From Eledone cirrhosa (Eukaryota), in NCBI GenBank assembly GCA_964016885.1, contig OZ024743.1, forward strand, positions 146,754,001 through 146,818,000: a stretch of 64,000 nt of DNA, read 5' to 3'. Within the stretch, counting starts at the first letter, position 1, and every line of letters begins with the position of its first letter. Below, piece by piece: positions 36,482 through 50,533 of this stretch. Under the pieces are notes generated by a model, which was given only the letters and a program-made list of their open reading frames with translations, was not told the origin of the DNA and ran no database searches. A program made the translations under genes and the position numbers.

Positions 36482-37539
36482 ATATTATATATATATATAT
36501 ATATATTATATATATTATATATATTATATATATATAAAGAGAGAGAGATAGAGATAGATAGAGAGAGAGAGAGAGCAGGGAGAGATAGATAGATAGAGAA
36601 ATGGAGAGAGAGGGAGAGAAAGAAAAATGAAATAACTAAAGATGCAATGACTTTACAAACTTTGCTCCATAATCTTTTTCTTCTCCCACCTCATGTAATG
36701 TCTCAGGTATGATGTCAAGTTTATCTCAGCCAAAGATTTTGTAATAAGCTTGTAAGGTCATGTCTGTGTGTGTATGAATATATTTATATGTATGATATAT
36801 ATGCTTGAGATTTGACACAGAGAAGTAAGAAATATAATTGTTTCTACTTTTGGCACAAGGCCAGCAATTATCCCAGTGTATTACTGGTACTTTATTTCAT
36901 CGACTCCGTAAGGATGAAAGGCAAAGTTAAAGTTAATATAATGCTGTTTAGTAATATTTAACTGTTAGATAAAAAGCTTGAAATCGTCAGGCCAAAAACT
37001 TATCAATAGTTTCACCTATCATTTTGTACAGATGCAGCATTCTCTGTAATTGTTAAAACTGTTGTCATTTTTTATGGGGTACACTAGTAAGAATAAAAAT
37101 TATTCGATTATAACTCAATTTAATTAATAAATCCATTTAAAATATACTTATAGTCCCAAATATTAATAGCTTAAACTGTCTTGCCGACTTGTTCACCATA
37201 TGCTTCACTTTGTAATACACTTCCATTCAGCCATTTATCTTCTGCTTGGTTTTAGCTAGTATATACACTGCACATGTGTGCACACATTAGTAATTTTACG
37301 GATAGGTTTGTAGTTTTAGAAGCAACAATATTTATTGATCTGCAGAAAAATATGTGACTAGGATATATGTTACTAAATACTGCTCAGCCCCCACACCATG
37401 GGCAATCAAAACTTTAGTAAGACCATACCAATTTACTATATTTGTTTCATAATTCATAATTTCATTAAAATATTTAATGCAATTTAATTTCTTCCCTGGA
37501 AACAAGAATGGCAAATCAATCCTAAATTCTTCACTTACT

Positions 37540-37890
37540 GTGTGCAAGAAGATGGAGGGGAGCTTCGCCCAAATTCAGCACAGTCAGGAACATAGGCACA
37601 AATTTTTCTGGAGGTGTAGCAGCAATGGCATTGGTGGAGTGGGAAAACTATTAGCAGAGAAATGGGTGAATAAGGTAACTGAGGCAGTCCGAGAGTGTAA
37701 TAGGATAATTAAATTTAGACTACACAACAACTACTATAATCTCTGCATAATCACCACATACTGAGCTTGCAGACAAATATAGGGACCACTTCTATGATGG
37801 TGACTTCATTATCACAACTGGAGACTTCAATGAACATGTTGGGAAACACTATGATGGCTTTCTTGGTATGTATGGGACTATGGGTGTGAT
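37540..37890 (+). pseudogene. Degenerate RTE APE-endonuclease fragment
   Basis: HKFFWR...GGVGKLLAEKWVNKV...RIIKFRL, with downstream ggagacttcaat (GDFN). Confidence 0.75.
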
Positions 37891-39931
37891 ACAGCTTTAG
37901 AAATCATACCAAAAAGAGGTCAAATTTCGGTTTAAATTTAAAACTTTTATGCTTATGTTGTAATTACGATTAAGATTTGTAATGCTAGTTGTCATTTAGC
38001 TGCAGGTCAATTCTCATCGATCAAATTTGTTAGCAAAGTTATTCCAGATGTGACTCTCCTTCCTGTCTTTTTGTATATACAGTACTAATTGTTCAATGTG
38101 ACCTATTTATGGTGGTATTTGAGAGAGATTTTGATGGTTATTTCTAGTAGGCAATGTAGCCAAATAGAAGCACTCTTGTAGGTTCATTGTAATGTCATTT
38201 ATGAATTAATCAAAAATAAGACATCATTTGCATGCTTAAAAGATTCTTCAACAACAATGTGTATTACATGGAGCTGTTTTAATATGTTAGGAAACATAGC
38301 AAGTCTTTTCATTATAAAGTCATTTCCAACATTTTCAATATCATAAAAGAATTTGTATAGATCTAGACACTTATATGGAAATTTCTACATAATTAACAGC
38401 ACCCTTCTACTTTAGGCAGAAGGCCAGCAATTTGAATAGGAGGGGAAAGTCAATTAAATCAACCCCAGTACTTACTTGTGCTTTATTTTATCGAACCTGT
38501 AAGGATGAAAGTCAAATCTAACCTCAGCGGGATTTGAAATCAGAACGTAAAGGGTCGTAATTCTATGTCGCAAAGCATTTGGCCCGATGCTCTACTGACT
38601 TTGAATAAGATCCTGATTTGAGGATTTAATTGTGATATTGAAAATTGTGAAGCCAATTATTTGACTCGAAGTTCATGCAAGAAGGAAGAATGTCTGGGAA
38701 CTGCTAGAAAAGAATGTCAACAACAATATCTCATCAGGCCATCGATGGAGCTCTACATAGCTATTTGATTTGCTAGAAGTAGCAGCCAATTACTCGGAAT
38801 TATATAAGAAGGAAATACACATTGGGATGTTATAAATTCACTATTTTGAAAAGATAGCAAATGAGATGCTCCTATCTGGAAAACCTTTGGCTATAGGTAT
38901 TCTCAAGCAAGGTTCCCTTGAGGCAAAACAACATCTCAATCAGCACTCAACATTGAATGCTCAATTCTCTTAAGATAACCCACATCAAACAAACCATAAA
39001 ATCAAACACTGTATTTAATGGTAACTATGATCTTTCTAAAACATTTGTTTTTGTCATTCTTTCATGATGCTGTTTTCAATGCTAATGACTGACCAACGTT
39101 CTGGGGATTGATTGTCATCTGTCACTTCAAGGACACATCTGTACAGATGTCTGGTAAAGTATAAATTCACTAAGAAAATATCACATTACTGTATAAAAGA
39201 CTGACATCTTTGATATTGCTGTAGAAAAAGACGAATGCATGAACATCACAGAATCCCATTTCCCTTCCTTAAAAAATTGTGGTATTCTGTCTGTGTTTGA
39301 AAATTATCATCCACACTTCTATTACTAATTCTCCACATTTACATGCAGATGCACACATGCATTTGCATTGACAAATACATGTACAGTCATATAAACACAC
39401 ACACACGTGCGCGCGCATGCATGAATGCGAGAATGAAAAGTAAACAATTTTACACTATTTTTTTTTCATGGGAAAATCGCCTCATTGCAAATGGCCAGTG
39501 TAAATTGACGGAATTAGCTCCAGGCAACGTCTGGTAGATTTAAATTCATTAAAAATTCATCAAATTTCCATATATAAAAGAGTAATTATTGATTGCATTA
39601 TTTACCTCATCACCATGTCAATTTTTTTCTAATGATTGTTTTTCCTTCCGGCATAAGATTGATGGTGTACTCCTTCAACTACAACGCAAGTTGTATGGTC
39701 GAATGAGTTAAAAAAATACAACTACTGCAACAGAATTACATTTCTAATACCATAACTAACATTAGACACCTACATTTTCATATAATCTTACCATAAAAGT
39801 AATTAAATAAACTTAAATCAACATTTATAATCATTAGAGTTTAGCCTTTTTAGTTTCACTTCCAGCATTTGAAGGAAAATAATGGTGCTTACTCAAAATG
39901 GTGCATTTTGGGTGTCTGTGATCTGTATTAA

Positions 39932-40145
39932 CCCTTCAGTATTTACATTACTCTATATTTGTATTTTCATGGTAAAGGCTTTACCTCACATAATTATCAC
40001 ACATATTATTGAATCCATGAGATTTTGATAGAATGTTTTTGAAAACCATATTTTAACATTAGTATGAGGGACCACTTATAGCCAATTTGAACAGAAAAAG
40101 GTGAAAGAATTCTGGCCGGATATGGCCAGTTAAAATGCTAAAGGT
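39932..40145. mobile_element. piggyBac-like MITE, second copy in opposite orientation
   Basis: TTAA-CCCTTCAGTATTTACATTACTCTAT ... AATGCTAAAGGT-TTAA. Internal similarity to 26216-26409. Confidence 0.7.
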
Positions 40146-41809
40146 TTAAGTGTATTTATAAGAATATTCAAAATCGAAGTTGTGGAACGTCTGAGTTAAT
40201 ATTTTTAGTTGCGCATAGGATAGAACTATGGTAGTGGATTATATTACCTTTCAGGAATGCATGATACTATTTCATTTAATTTGAACTACATGATACTTTA
40301 AAATTTCAATTTTTAAAGGTACAAATCTTATTGAATATTAATTAGATTATCAACAAAATAAATTTAATTGTTTCTACTTTAGGCCCAAGACCAGCAATTA
40401 CCCAGTGCATTACTGGTACTTTATTTTATCAACCCCGTAAGGATGAAAGGCAAAGTCAACCTCGGCGGGATTTGAACTCAGATCGTAAAGGGACGTAACT
40501 ATGCTGGAAAGCATGGCACCCAACCCTCTACCGATACTGCCAATCCAATAAATTAAATGATCTACAGTCATGCCTCCTCCTCATCATTTTGCATCCATTT
40601 TTTTCATGCTTGCATGGGTTGGATGGGTTCTTACCAACACTGCATTCCTCAACTCATTGTGTTTCTTTGACATCTCTTCTGTGAGCTTCAGTGATTTGAG
40701 ATTTACAGTAATAAATATAAATAGAGACTGAGGTGGGGATGTACTCATATACATACGATGGAATTCTATATGATTGTTCAAACTGCTAGAAATAACACCT
40801 ATATTCCCTACAAATCACACCAACTGCCATTTGAAAAGCACAATTGATGGTGTAAGACTGTAAAAATATATTAAACTTTTTTAAATATTATTTTTCTGTT
40901 AATTTTGAAAATAACAAGGAATTTGTCAAAGTATCGGCTGCTTTTCAATAGGCCTATGGTTGAGCCTGAGTGGAGACTTTCGGTGTTCTTGACCCATGGA
41001 CCAAATCTCACTACTCACTGCTATTGGGGCAGAGTTAGCTACTATTTTTTTGTCACGTTCTATTTAAATCAATAGAATTTTCTAGTAAATCAAATGATTC
41101 CTGACCTATTGAATGACATTTCCACCCTCACCACCCCTCTACCACCATCTTTATAAAGAATATATATAAGAAGACATTTTGTGAGAAACTTAATTCATAG
41201 ATTTAGAGGGTATTAGTAAAATAACTTTTAAATTAAGTTGACATTTAGAATATAGAATAGTTTCATAAAATGTTGACAGAAGGATTTAATTTAGTTTTAA
41301 ACACTTTAATATGGATAGTTTATCACAGAACCATGGGTGGTTTTAGGAGTGTTGGTATCAAAAGGGTTATGGCTACTATCATCTAAGAACATGAGTTTTT
41401 TAAAGGAATCTTTGGTTTTTTTGTTATTTTGTTTGATTAATGGGTTGATGTGACCGTTAGTTGTTGTGTGGTTGAAGTGATCAATGTTTGTGATGTGAGT
41501 TTGATGTGGGGAAAGCAATTTCCACAAAGCTTGATATAGACCAACAAGAAAACAAAATTGCTAATTTATGTGTATTTTTTTGCCATGGAATTAGACGAAA
41601 CTATGTGACAAACAAAGATATAACAAGAATATACAAAAGTTAAAAATAACAATAAGAGTGTTTGCATTACATATCAGTACAATGCAGAGTTCATGGAAGA
41701 AAGTATTTTTGTTGATGTACATTTATTTTGAGGTGGTAGCATTTTTCAGCAAGGTCTATTACAGAGAGATAAAGGGAATGTGTGAATGTGGAGATGTAGG
41801 TTTACTCAC

Positions 41810-41870
41810 CTGGTAGCATGGCTTGGCTGTAGTAGTGCCATAACAACCAGCAATGTCATAGGCAATGTGG
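41810..41870 (-). other. Candidate host exon with ATG and signal-peptide-like start
   Basis: Pyrimidine tract + CAG acceptor (or TATATAA at 41917-41911), ATG at 41859 encoding MTLLVVMALLQPSHAT, consensus donor CAG/GTGAGT. Confidence 0.35.
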
Positions 41871-44169
41871 CTGTTGAAGTTTCAGAGAAGGGGAGTCAAG
41901 AGGGTTTCACTTATATACCCTTAGGTGTCATCACAGCTATTTTTGTCCAAATTAATGAATATGCATGATACAAAAATATGCTGACAGGCCACATTTTTGT
42001 ACAACAGCAAGTTTAATTCTGGGTTAATTTCCCTACAAGTCTTTTTTTATGTGGTCTAGTATGTTTGTATGTGTAGTAGTATTACTGTCCAATATATATG
42101 AAACATACTCTAATGTACACCAGACTTTGTATATTCTGATTAGAGCTGAAATACTTTTTGGCTCTGAAGAGTAACACTAGTCTTTAAAGAACAGTTTTGG
42201 TCAAGCAATATATGTGAGGTCAATAAGAGAGATCTCCAGAGTTTTGCAATGTAAAAGAATTTCATGGGTTCTATTATGTGTTCATGCTTAAAAAAGCTGA
42301 GATATAAGAAACTTTTTGATATGTGTAGCCTTCTTTTTCTATTATAACTTGATTTACATCTGGAATGTCTTACAGAAATATTAAACTGACCATAGTACTT
42401 TACTGGTACTTTATGTTATTGACTCAAAAGGGCAAAGTTGCTTATAACATTATTTGAACTCAGAAACTAAATGTGATTGTGTTCTGGTTCCAACTACTGT
42501 AATATATTACTGGTACTTATCATAATCATTAGCAACATAAACATCATTTTCCCCATCATGAACATCAGTATCAGCATCGTCATCAACAAATAGTAAGTTA
42601 ACACAATCTAAATATCATTGTCAGCATCACTATTATCAACATCAACCTAAATGAAAATTAACCACAATCTCACCATCATCATTATTGCCATCCTCATCAT
42701 CATCACCGCCATCAACATCATTATCAGCATCAGCATCATCATTATCATCACTATTCTCATCATCATCACCACCACCACGACCACCACCACCACCAACACC
42801 GTTATCATCACCGTTATAACCATCACAGGGGTGGTGGATTGACAGTATCGGTAGAGGGTTGGACACCATGCTTTGATGCATAGAGTTACATCCCTTGCCA
42901 TTCTGAGTTCAAATCCCGTCTAGATTAACTTTGCCTTTCATCCTTACGGGGTCGATAAAATAAAGTACCAGTAATGCACTGGGATAATTGCTGGCCTTGT
43001 GCCAAAAGTAGAAACAATTATTACCATCACCACCATCATCCTCCTCTTCCTCCTCACCACCAGCACCACCACCAACACCAGCACCAACACCACCACCACC
43101 ATCAGCAACAGCACCAGCACCACCAGCACCAGCACCACCACCGCCACCAGCACTAGTACCACTACTAGCACCAGCACCAAAACCACCAGCACCACCACCA
43201 CCACCACCGCCACCACCACCTACACCACCTCCCACTAGTACCACCACTACCCTCCACCCCCACCCCACCCAATCTGCACCTCCACCTTCACCACCATTCC
43301 TGTCATGATCATAATCATAATCATCATCAACAACAACAACCTATTCATAATGGACAAAACAAAAACAACACAGAACAAAGAAACAAAGCAATGAACAATG
43401 GAGATGTCAGCAGATGCCAGTTAAAAGTGATTCTAATGGAGAATGAGAGAGATAGGAGGAGAGCCTAGCTTGTGCATTAGACTTTTGTAGAGGTGTGTAT
43501 ACCAAAACCCTGCACTAGTCCTCTCCCTACCTACCACATTCACTCTTTAAACACACACCAACTATTACCTCCTGCAGCTCTCAACATAAAAGTGATGGCA
43601 CCCCTGGAGGGAAACAATTGTTTCTCTTCTTGTTTTGACTTGTCTCCCTTGTTTCTTCTTTAATTATTCATGGTTTCTTCTTTTTCTAGAGTTGTGAGTA
43701 TGTATTTATATATATATATGTATGTATGTATATATATATATATATATGTATGTATATATATATCTCGTTCAGTGCATCAGTAGGGGTTCTCCTACATGGA
43801 TATGAAGTAGTGGCCGTACTCGAAAACGAGTTGGCAGCCACCATGTATGTATGTATATATATATATGTATATGTATTTTATTATTGTTGTTGTTGTCGTT
43901 ATTATTATTGTTGTTATTATTATTATTATCCCTTTACGATCTGAGTTCAAATCCCGCCGAGGTTAATTTTGCCTTTCATCCTTACGGGGTCGATAAAATA
44001 AAGTACCAGTAATGTACTGGGATAATTGCTGGCCTTGTGCCAAAAAGTAGAAACAATTATTATTATTATTATTGTTATTAATGTATATGTGTGTATGTAT
44101 ATATATCTGTGTGTATGTATGTATGTGTGTGTGTATATATATATATATATATTTCTTTTTTTTTATTTA

Positions 44170-45000
44170 GAAGGGCCCTAAATAAACATAAACTCAATAT
44201 TAAGATAGTAGAAAGACCAGGTACCTCCATAAAAACACTTATTAGCAAGACATACCCGTTCCAAAGACCCTCATGTATAGATAAGAAATGTATAACCTGT
44301 AAAATAAGCCCCCATATTAACTGTAAAACTAGAAATGTAGTGTATAGCATAAGATGTACTGAAGGACAATGTAGAAACAAAAATATAGTGTACATAGGTG
44401 AGACAGCTCGTAGTATAGGGGAACGGATAAATGAACACTGGCGAGACCTTCAAGATAATAAAGAATCATCTGTACTCTACCAACATGCTAAGATAGAACA
44501 CAAGGGTAAATTAGAGAACATAGAAATAAAAATAGAATCCACACACAGAAAAGATGCAATGTTTAGGCAAATTACAGAGGCAGTAAGCATAAAAGAATTA
44601 CAACCAAAATTAAATAGAAAATATGAGTGGAACAGCAACATCACAACTTACAATTAAGGACAAAATGAAAACACACACACACATAGAACAAACAACCAAC
44701 CAACAACATGTAAATAAATAAACAAATAGATAAATGAACACAAACACACACAGACACCCGGATGTGGCGCATGCGCAAACTGAGCACACAACACACACAC
44801 AGAAACAAAATGGCGTAGGACAGAAGAAAGGAAAGGCACAGAAACAAAGAAAGGAATCCCCAGTCACTGAAGAGGTCACAGAGTGTGTGACGAAAGGACT
44901 ATGACTATATATAAACAACTATCTGGTTGTGGAACCAACCAACCAACCAGAAATTTATAAGTTTGTAGATTTGTAAATTTATAAATTTATAAATATATAA
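44170..45000 (+). mobile_element. Penelope-like element 3' fragment with GIY-YIG endonuclease
   Basis: ERPGTSIK..PF..C....C..C.......C, NVVYSIRC, YIGETARSIGERINEH, RQITEAVSI, LN. Stop at 44657. Hammerhead-like motif downstream. Confidence 0.88.
44862..44906 (+). ncRNA. Minimal type I hammerhead ribozyme (PLE-associated)
   Basis: Stem I AGTCA/TGACT, core CTGAAGA and GAAA, stem II GTCACA/TGTGAC with one unpaired G, 2-bp stem III, CUA triplet. Confidence 0.7.
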
Positions 45001-45153
45001 TAAATTGAAGTGAAAGCAACTGGTGCGTGTGTTTCTTATTGGCAACATGACCCTCCCAAAGTATAACAATATCGGTTTCAACACACGATTTCAGATAAAG
45101 AATCTTGCTAAACAAATTCAGAAACGAAATTTTTTTTTATTATTATTTTCTTT

Positions 45154-45187
<34 letters not shown>

Positions 45188-45237
45188 TTTTTCCTCCTCG
45201 TGCAATGGCCATACTCGATAACAAGGGGGCAGCCATC

Positions 45238-45790
45238 ATGTGTGTATGTATGTATGTATGTATGTATGTATGTATGTATGTATGTATGTATGTATGTATG
45301 TATGTATGTGTGTATGAATATATGTATGTATGTGTGTATGTATGCATGTACGTATATAAGTATGAATGTATGCGTGTATGTGTGTATGTATGTTTGAATG
45401 TATGTATGTATGTTTGTATGTATATATGTATGCATGTATGCATGTATGTATGTATAAATGTATATATATGTACGTATGTATGTTTGTATGTATATATGTA
45501 TACGTGTATGTGTGTATCGTATATATATATATGTGTGTGTATGCAAACATGCATTCATCTATGTATCTATATGTATGTATGTATGTACAAATGCATATGT
45601 ATATATTTATATGTATGTATGCATATATGTATGTATATATGCATATGCATGTATGCAATGAATCTACAAATGCATATGTATATTTGTATGTATATTTGTA
45701 TGTATGTGTGTGTTTGAATGTATGCATGTATGTATGCATGTATATATGCGTATGTATGTATGAATGTATGCATGCATATATGAATGTTTG

Positions 45791-45838
<48 letters not shown>

Positions 45839-46200
45839 AACCTATGTATTTGTGTATGAATGTGTGTATGTATGCGTGTATGTGTTTATGTATGTATATG
45901 CATGTACGTATGAATATGTATGTATGTATGTATTTATCTATGCATGAATGTATGCATATGCATGTATGTATGCATATGCATGTATGTATGCATATGTATG
46001 TATGTATGTATGTATTTATCTATGCATGTATGTATGGATATGCATGTATGTACGCATATGTATGTATGTTCTTCTGGTTTTATAATTTCACTACGTATGT
46101 ATGCATGTATGTATTTATCTATGCATATATGTCTTTATGTATGTATGCATATGCATGTATATATATATATACATATATATGTATGTATTTATGTATGTAG
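45238..46200. repeat. About 1-kb degenerate (ATGT)n/(AT)n tract
   Basis: Directly read. It produces many spurious ORFs. Confidence 0.95.
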
Positions 46201-46449
46201 TTGTTTGTGTACTGCAGAGTACCACATGCTACACATATGCTGGAATCACCAGCATATGTCATCCACCACAGATGATAGAACATTATGAAAGGCGAGTGTC
46301 CAAATGTAGTGTGTGTTGTTTGTGTAAAACTTCATGCAGGGGGAGTGTCATGTAGGGTAGGCGAGCAATTAGGAAATAGGGTTTATGTAAGGAGTTAAGA
46401 AGCAAAGAGGTTGTCATCCCGTTGACACCATTATCATTCAAACCAGCAT

Positions 46450-47238
46450 CAGTAGTGTGTTGAATAACATGCTTTATGGCATAGTTACAGCCCTTTATGC
46501 TTGGAGGTCAAATCTTGCTGAGGTTCTCTATGCCTTTCATCCTTATGGGATTGGTAAAGAACAAGTATTGCAATGGGGTTGATTTAATTGACTTTCTCCG
46601 TCCCTTCAAATTACTGGCCTTATGCCAATATCAGAAACAATTATTACTTTGATCACCATTAACATAGTCATATTGTTGTTAATACCAGTTAAGTACTAGA
46701 GGTCAATATAATCGGCTTTCACCCCCCCCCCCCAAAAAAAAAATTGATGGCCTTGCGCCTAAATCAGAAACTGCGCCTAAATCAGAAACCATTATCATTA
46801 TTTTTATCATTATTATTAGGATTGGCAGTATTGGTAGCAGGTCGGATCCCATGCTTTGCAGCATAGAGTTACGGCCCTTTATGATCTGAGTTCAAATCCC
46901 GCTGAGGTTAACTTTGCCTTTCATCCTTATGAGGTCGATAAAATGAAACACCAGTAATGCACAGGGGTCAATTTAATTGACTTTCCCCTCCCCCAAAATT
47001 GCTGACCTTGTGCTTATATAAGAAACCATTATTATTATGTGGATTGGCAGTATCGGTAGAGGGTCGGACGCCATGCTTTGAAGCATAGAGTTACCTCCCT
47101 GTATGATCTGAGTTCAAATCCCGCCGAGGTTGACTTTGCCTTTCATCCTTACGGGGTCGATAAAATAAAGTACCAGTAATGCACTGGGTAATTGCTGGCC
47201 TTGTGCCAAAAGTAGAAACAATTATTATTATTATTATA
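46450..47238 (+). mobile_element. Head-to-tail cluster of four SINE A copies/fragments
   Basis: About 46450-46645, 46680-46800, 46817-47038 (long) and 47039-47238 (short), mostly joined through ATT tails. Confidence 0.85.
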
Positions 47239-47356
47239 ATTTGAAACTTCCTTTGAGTCCTGCTTCTTTCCAAATCATGTCAAGTGTCAACTTGGCACCT
47301 GAGGCAAAATTTGATAATACACACATTTTACAATCAATTGGAAGCACATGGCTATT

Positions 47357-47690
47357 GGAGGCACATGGCTTAGTGGTTAGAGCATTGGCCTTGCAATCGA
47401 AAGGTTGTGAGTTCAATTCTCAGACCGGGTGATGTGTTGCTTCCTTGAGCAAGACACTTTATTTCACATTGCTCCAATTTACTCAGCTGTAGAAATGAGA
47501 TGATAGGGACTGGGGTCCCTATCATTCCACTCTAAAGTGGTCGTGGAGGTACCACGGCAAAAAAGCACCCAGCACTCACTGTAAATGAGGTTGGTGTTAG
47601 GAAAGGCATCCAGCTGTAGAAATTAAGCCAGACTCAGTTCCCGTCTCACCCTTGCAAGCAAGGAAAAGCGGACATAAAATGAAATGATGA
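47357..47690 (+). mobile_element. SINE family B
   Basis: Near-identical to 2306-2701 but with one fewer internal RTE-UTR subrepeat. Confidence 0.88.
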
Positions 47691-47719
47691 AATGTCACAC
47701 AAACTATGCCACAAGGGCA

Positions 47720-47912
47720 CAAATAAGAGTAAATGTCATTGCAAAGATTTTAAATTGATAATACCCTTCTTAGGACATAGGTATGACCAGTCAGCACTAT
47801 TTTCTGTAACTCTTGCAGTGATGGCTCTCCAGGTATCCGGTCCAAATATTTTCCAGTACATTTTTTTATCATTCCAAGTGTGCCGACTATCACTGGTATT
47901 GTACAGGACTTT
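47720..47912 (-). pseudogene. R4/Dong-like RLE C-terminal fragment
   Basis: IPVIVGTLGMIKK...LQKIVLTG..YVLRRVL. Confidence 0.75.
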
Positions 47913-48080
47913 ATTCCTACTATTACCACCATCACTACTATCACTACTGTTGTAATCAACCCCACCACCACCACCACCACTACCACCACCATCATTGCCC
48001 TATGAAGATTAACACAACTGCTACCACAACCACCACTATCATCTTTATCTTTTAACACAATTACCACCACCAATGTTATC

Positions 48081-48082
48081 AT

Positions 48083-48155
<73 letters not shown>

Positions 48156-48249
48156 GCTGCTGCTGCTGTTGCTGTTGCTGCTGCTGCTACTACTACTACT
48201 ACTACTACTATTACTACTACTATTGCTGCTGCTGCTGCTGCTGCTACTT

Positions 48250-48316
<67 letters not shown>
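48081..48316. repeat. (CTA)n/(CTG)n compound microsatellite
   Basis: Directly read. Confidence 0.97.
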
Positions 48317-48712
48317 CAAAACACAACACCTGATATTATACCCCAGACATGCCGAAATCTAACAAAGTATGTTTTGATACATTAGAGACCCATAATATAT
48401 GTTTCCGGATGTGTGTGTGTGTGAGAGCCAGGACAGTATGAAAAGATGGATGTAAATTTGGTGATGAATGTGATGATAAAGATGATATATGCCAGTGTAT
48501 GTATGTGTATATGTATAATGTAAACATTCATATATTTATACTCTCAGGAACCATATTAATACATGCACTACAAATATATTTCAGCATATTTTATATATTA
48601 AGTTTAGAGTTTAGAGTGTCTAAGGCACTAATTCATACATACACTTTACACTATATAAATACACATGCCCACAAACACATACACTCACATGCACATAGAT
48701 ACATACATATAT

Positions 48713-49334
48713 AATGTTTTCTGATTTAGGCACAAGGCCAGCAAATTTTGAGGGAGGGGAAAGTCAATTAAATTGACCCCAGTGCATGACTAGTACTTTA
48801 TATTATCGACCCTGTAAGGATGAAAGGCAAAGCTAACCTTGAAAGCTGGACTTGAACTCAGAACATAAAGGGCCGTAACTCTATGTTGCAAAGCATGTTG
48901 TCTGACGCTTTACCGATTCTGCCAATCCACTGCCCTCATATATAATAATGATTGTTTCTACTACTTTTGGCACAAGGCCAGCAATTATTCCAGTGTATTA
49001 CTGGTACTTTATTTTATCGACGTCGTAAAGATGAAAGGCAAAGTTAACCTCGGTGGGATTTGAACTCAGACCATAAAGGGCTGTAACTCTTTGCTGCAAA
49101 GCATGGCGTCCGACCTTCTACCGATACTGCCAATCCACTGCCCTCATATATAATAATTGTTTCTGTTTTGGCACAAGGCCAGCAATTACCCAGTGCTTTT
49201 ATTTTATCGACCCCGTAAGGATGAAAGGCAAAGTTAACCTTGGCGGGATATGAACTCAGACGATAAAGGACCGTAACTCTATGCGTCAAAGCATGGCGTC
49301 CGACCCTCTACCGATACTGCCAATCCACCGCCCT
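48713..49334 (-). mobile_element. Tandem of three SINE A copies
   Basis: 48713-48936 (long), 48950-49146 and 49155-49334, each separated by atatataataat. Confidence 0.9.
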
Positions 49335-49469
49335 AAATATATAATAATAATACTGATTCTTTCATGTATGTGCAATGATCAAAGAGCAGAAGCACACTTC
49401 CTTTTTATCTATCTCTAATATGTTTTATCTCTGAGATATTATTGAAACGTAACAACAAATATATATATG

Positions 49470-49980
49470 AGGTCTGTTGAAAAAGTATGTTCTGAGGGTG
49501 GAAAAAGAAATTACTTAGTTGGTGGGGGTTCAATTGTTAATCCCCTTTCAAGTCCACACATGGCATAGTGATGCTTCCACTGCTTGAAGCATGTCTAGAA
49601 TGCTTCTTCCAGAATAGTTTTCAGCTCTACTATCACAGATGTCCCATTGGCTCTTAAAGTGTGCACCTTTCAATGGCATCTTCAATTTGGGAACGATCAG
49701 AAAGCAGAAAGAATCTGGAAAGGAGGGAGATTGGTGAATGAGCCAAATGCCTTTCTTTGCCAAGAAACCTTAGGTTAGGTGCAATGAATGAACTAGGGCA
49801 TTGTCATGATGCAACTGCCAGATTTGCAAGGCCCACTGATCCAACCTCTTCTGCCACACTACATCATAAAGATGTTGGTGGACTTTCTGATAGTTCTCCT
49901 TTGTAACTGTCTTTTTATTGTATATTATTGATGCAGAATGTCATGGTAATTGAAGAAAATTATCATTATCGCCTATATAG
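49470..49980 (-). mobile_element. Mariner transposon remnant
   Basis: Terminus TA-tgaggtctgttgaaaa. IHQSPSFPDSFCFLIVPKLKMPLKGAHF resembles HPPYSPDLAP.DF.LFPKLK..LKG..F. Confidence 0.65.
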
Positions 49981-50443
49981 GTAACCTATGTAACAAGAAA
50001 AATATGCTATCTGTAAGATAGCATGTTCATACTAGTATATATATATATATATATATATACACATACACTCAAAGACATCTATATCTATATACACGTATAC
50101 ATGTTAAAATATATGCATACACACATGATTGTATTTAAAAGGTGTGACATTGATTTCATGCTTTGATTTTACAATTTAATTTAAATTAATTTCATCATCA
50201 TCATCTTTTGTTTCTTTTTCCCTTTTAACACTTTAAAAACAAAATTCTTTTTTTTTTTCATTTTTTATTAAAAAGTGAATTTAGCAATTAAAATTTAAAT
50301 TAATATAAAAAAAATCTAGTCAAAATATTTAATTGAGGGTAACTTTTATTAATTTAAAAAAGTATATATATTATATTGTTGATAATTGAGGGAGAAGCTA
50401 TTGAGAACTTGAATAACCTTTACTGCTACATTATTTTATACTA

Positions 50444-50533
50444 CGTCCCTTTATGATCTGAGTTCAAATCCCGCCGAGGTTGACTTTGCCTTTCATCCTT
50501 ACGGGGGTCGATAAAATAAAGTACCAGTAATGC
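50444..50533 (+). mobile_element. SINE A, 5'-truncated
   Basis: TSD attattttatactac on both sides. Confidence 0.92.

Noticed and set aside
39605-39725. Minus-strand segment with acceptor-like TTGCAG and donor-like GAG/GTAAAT, as a next exon after 41810
   Set aside because: Stops occur in all three frames, so it cannot continue the reading frame as an internal exon.
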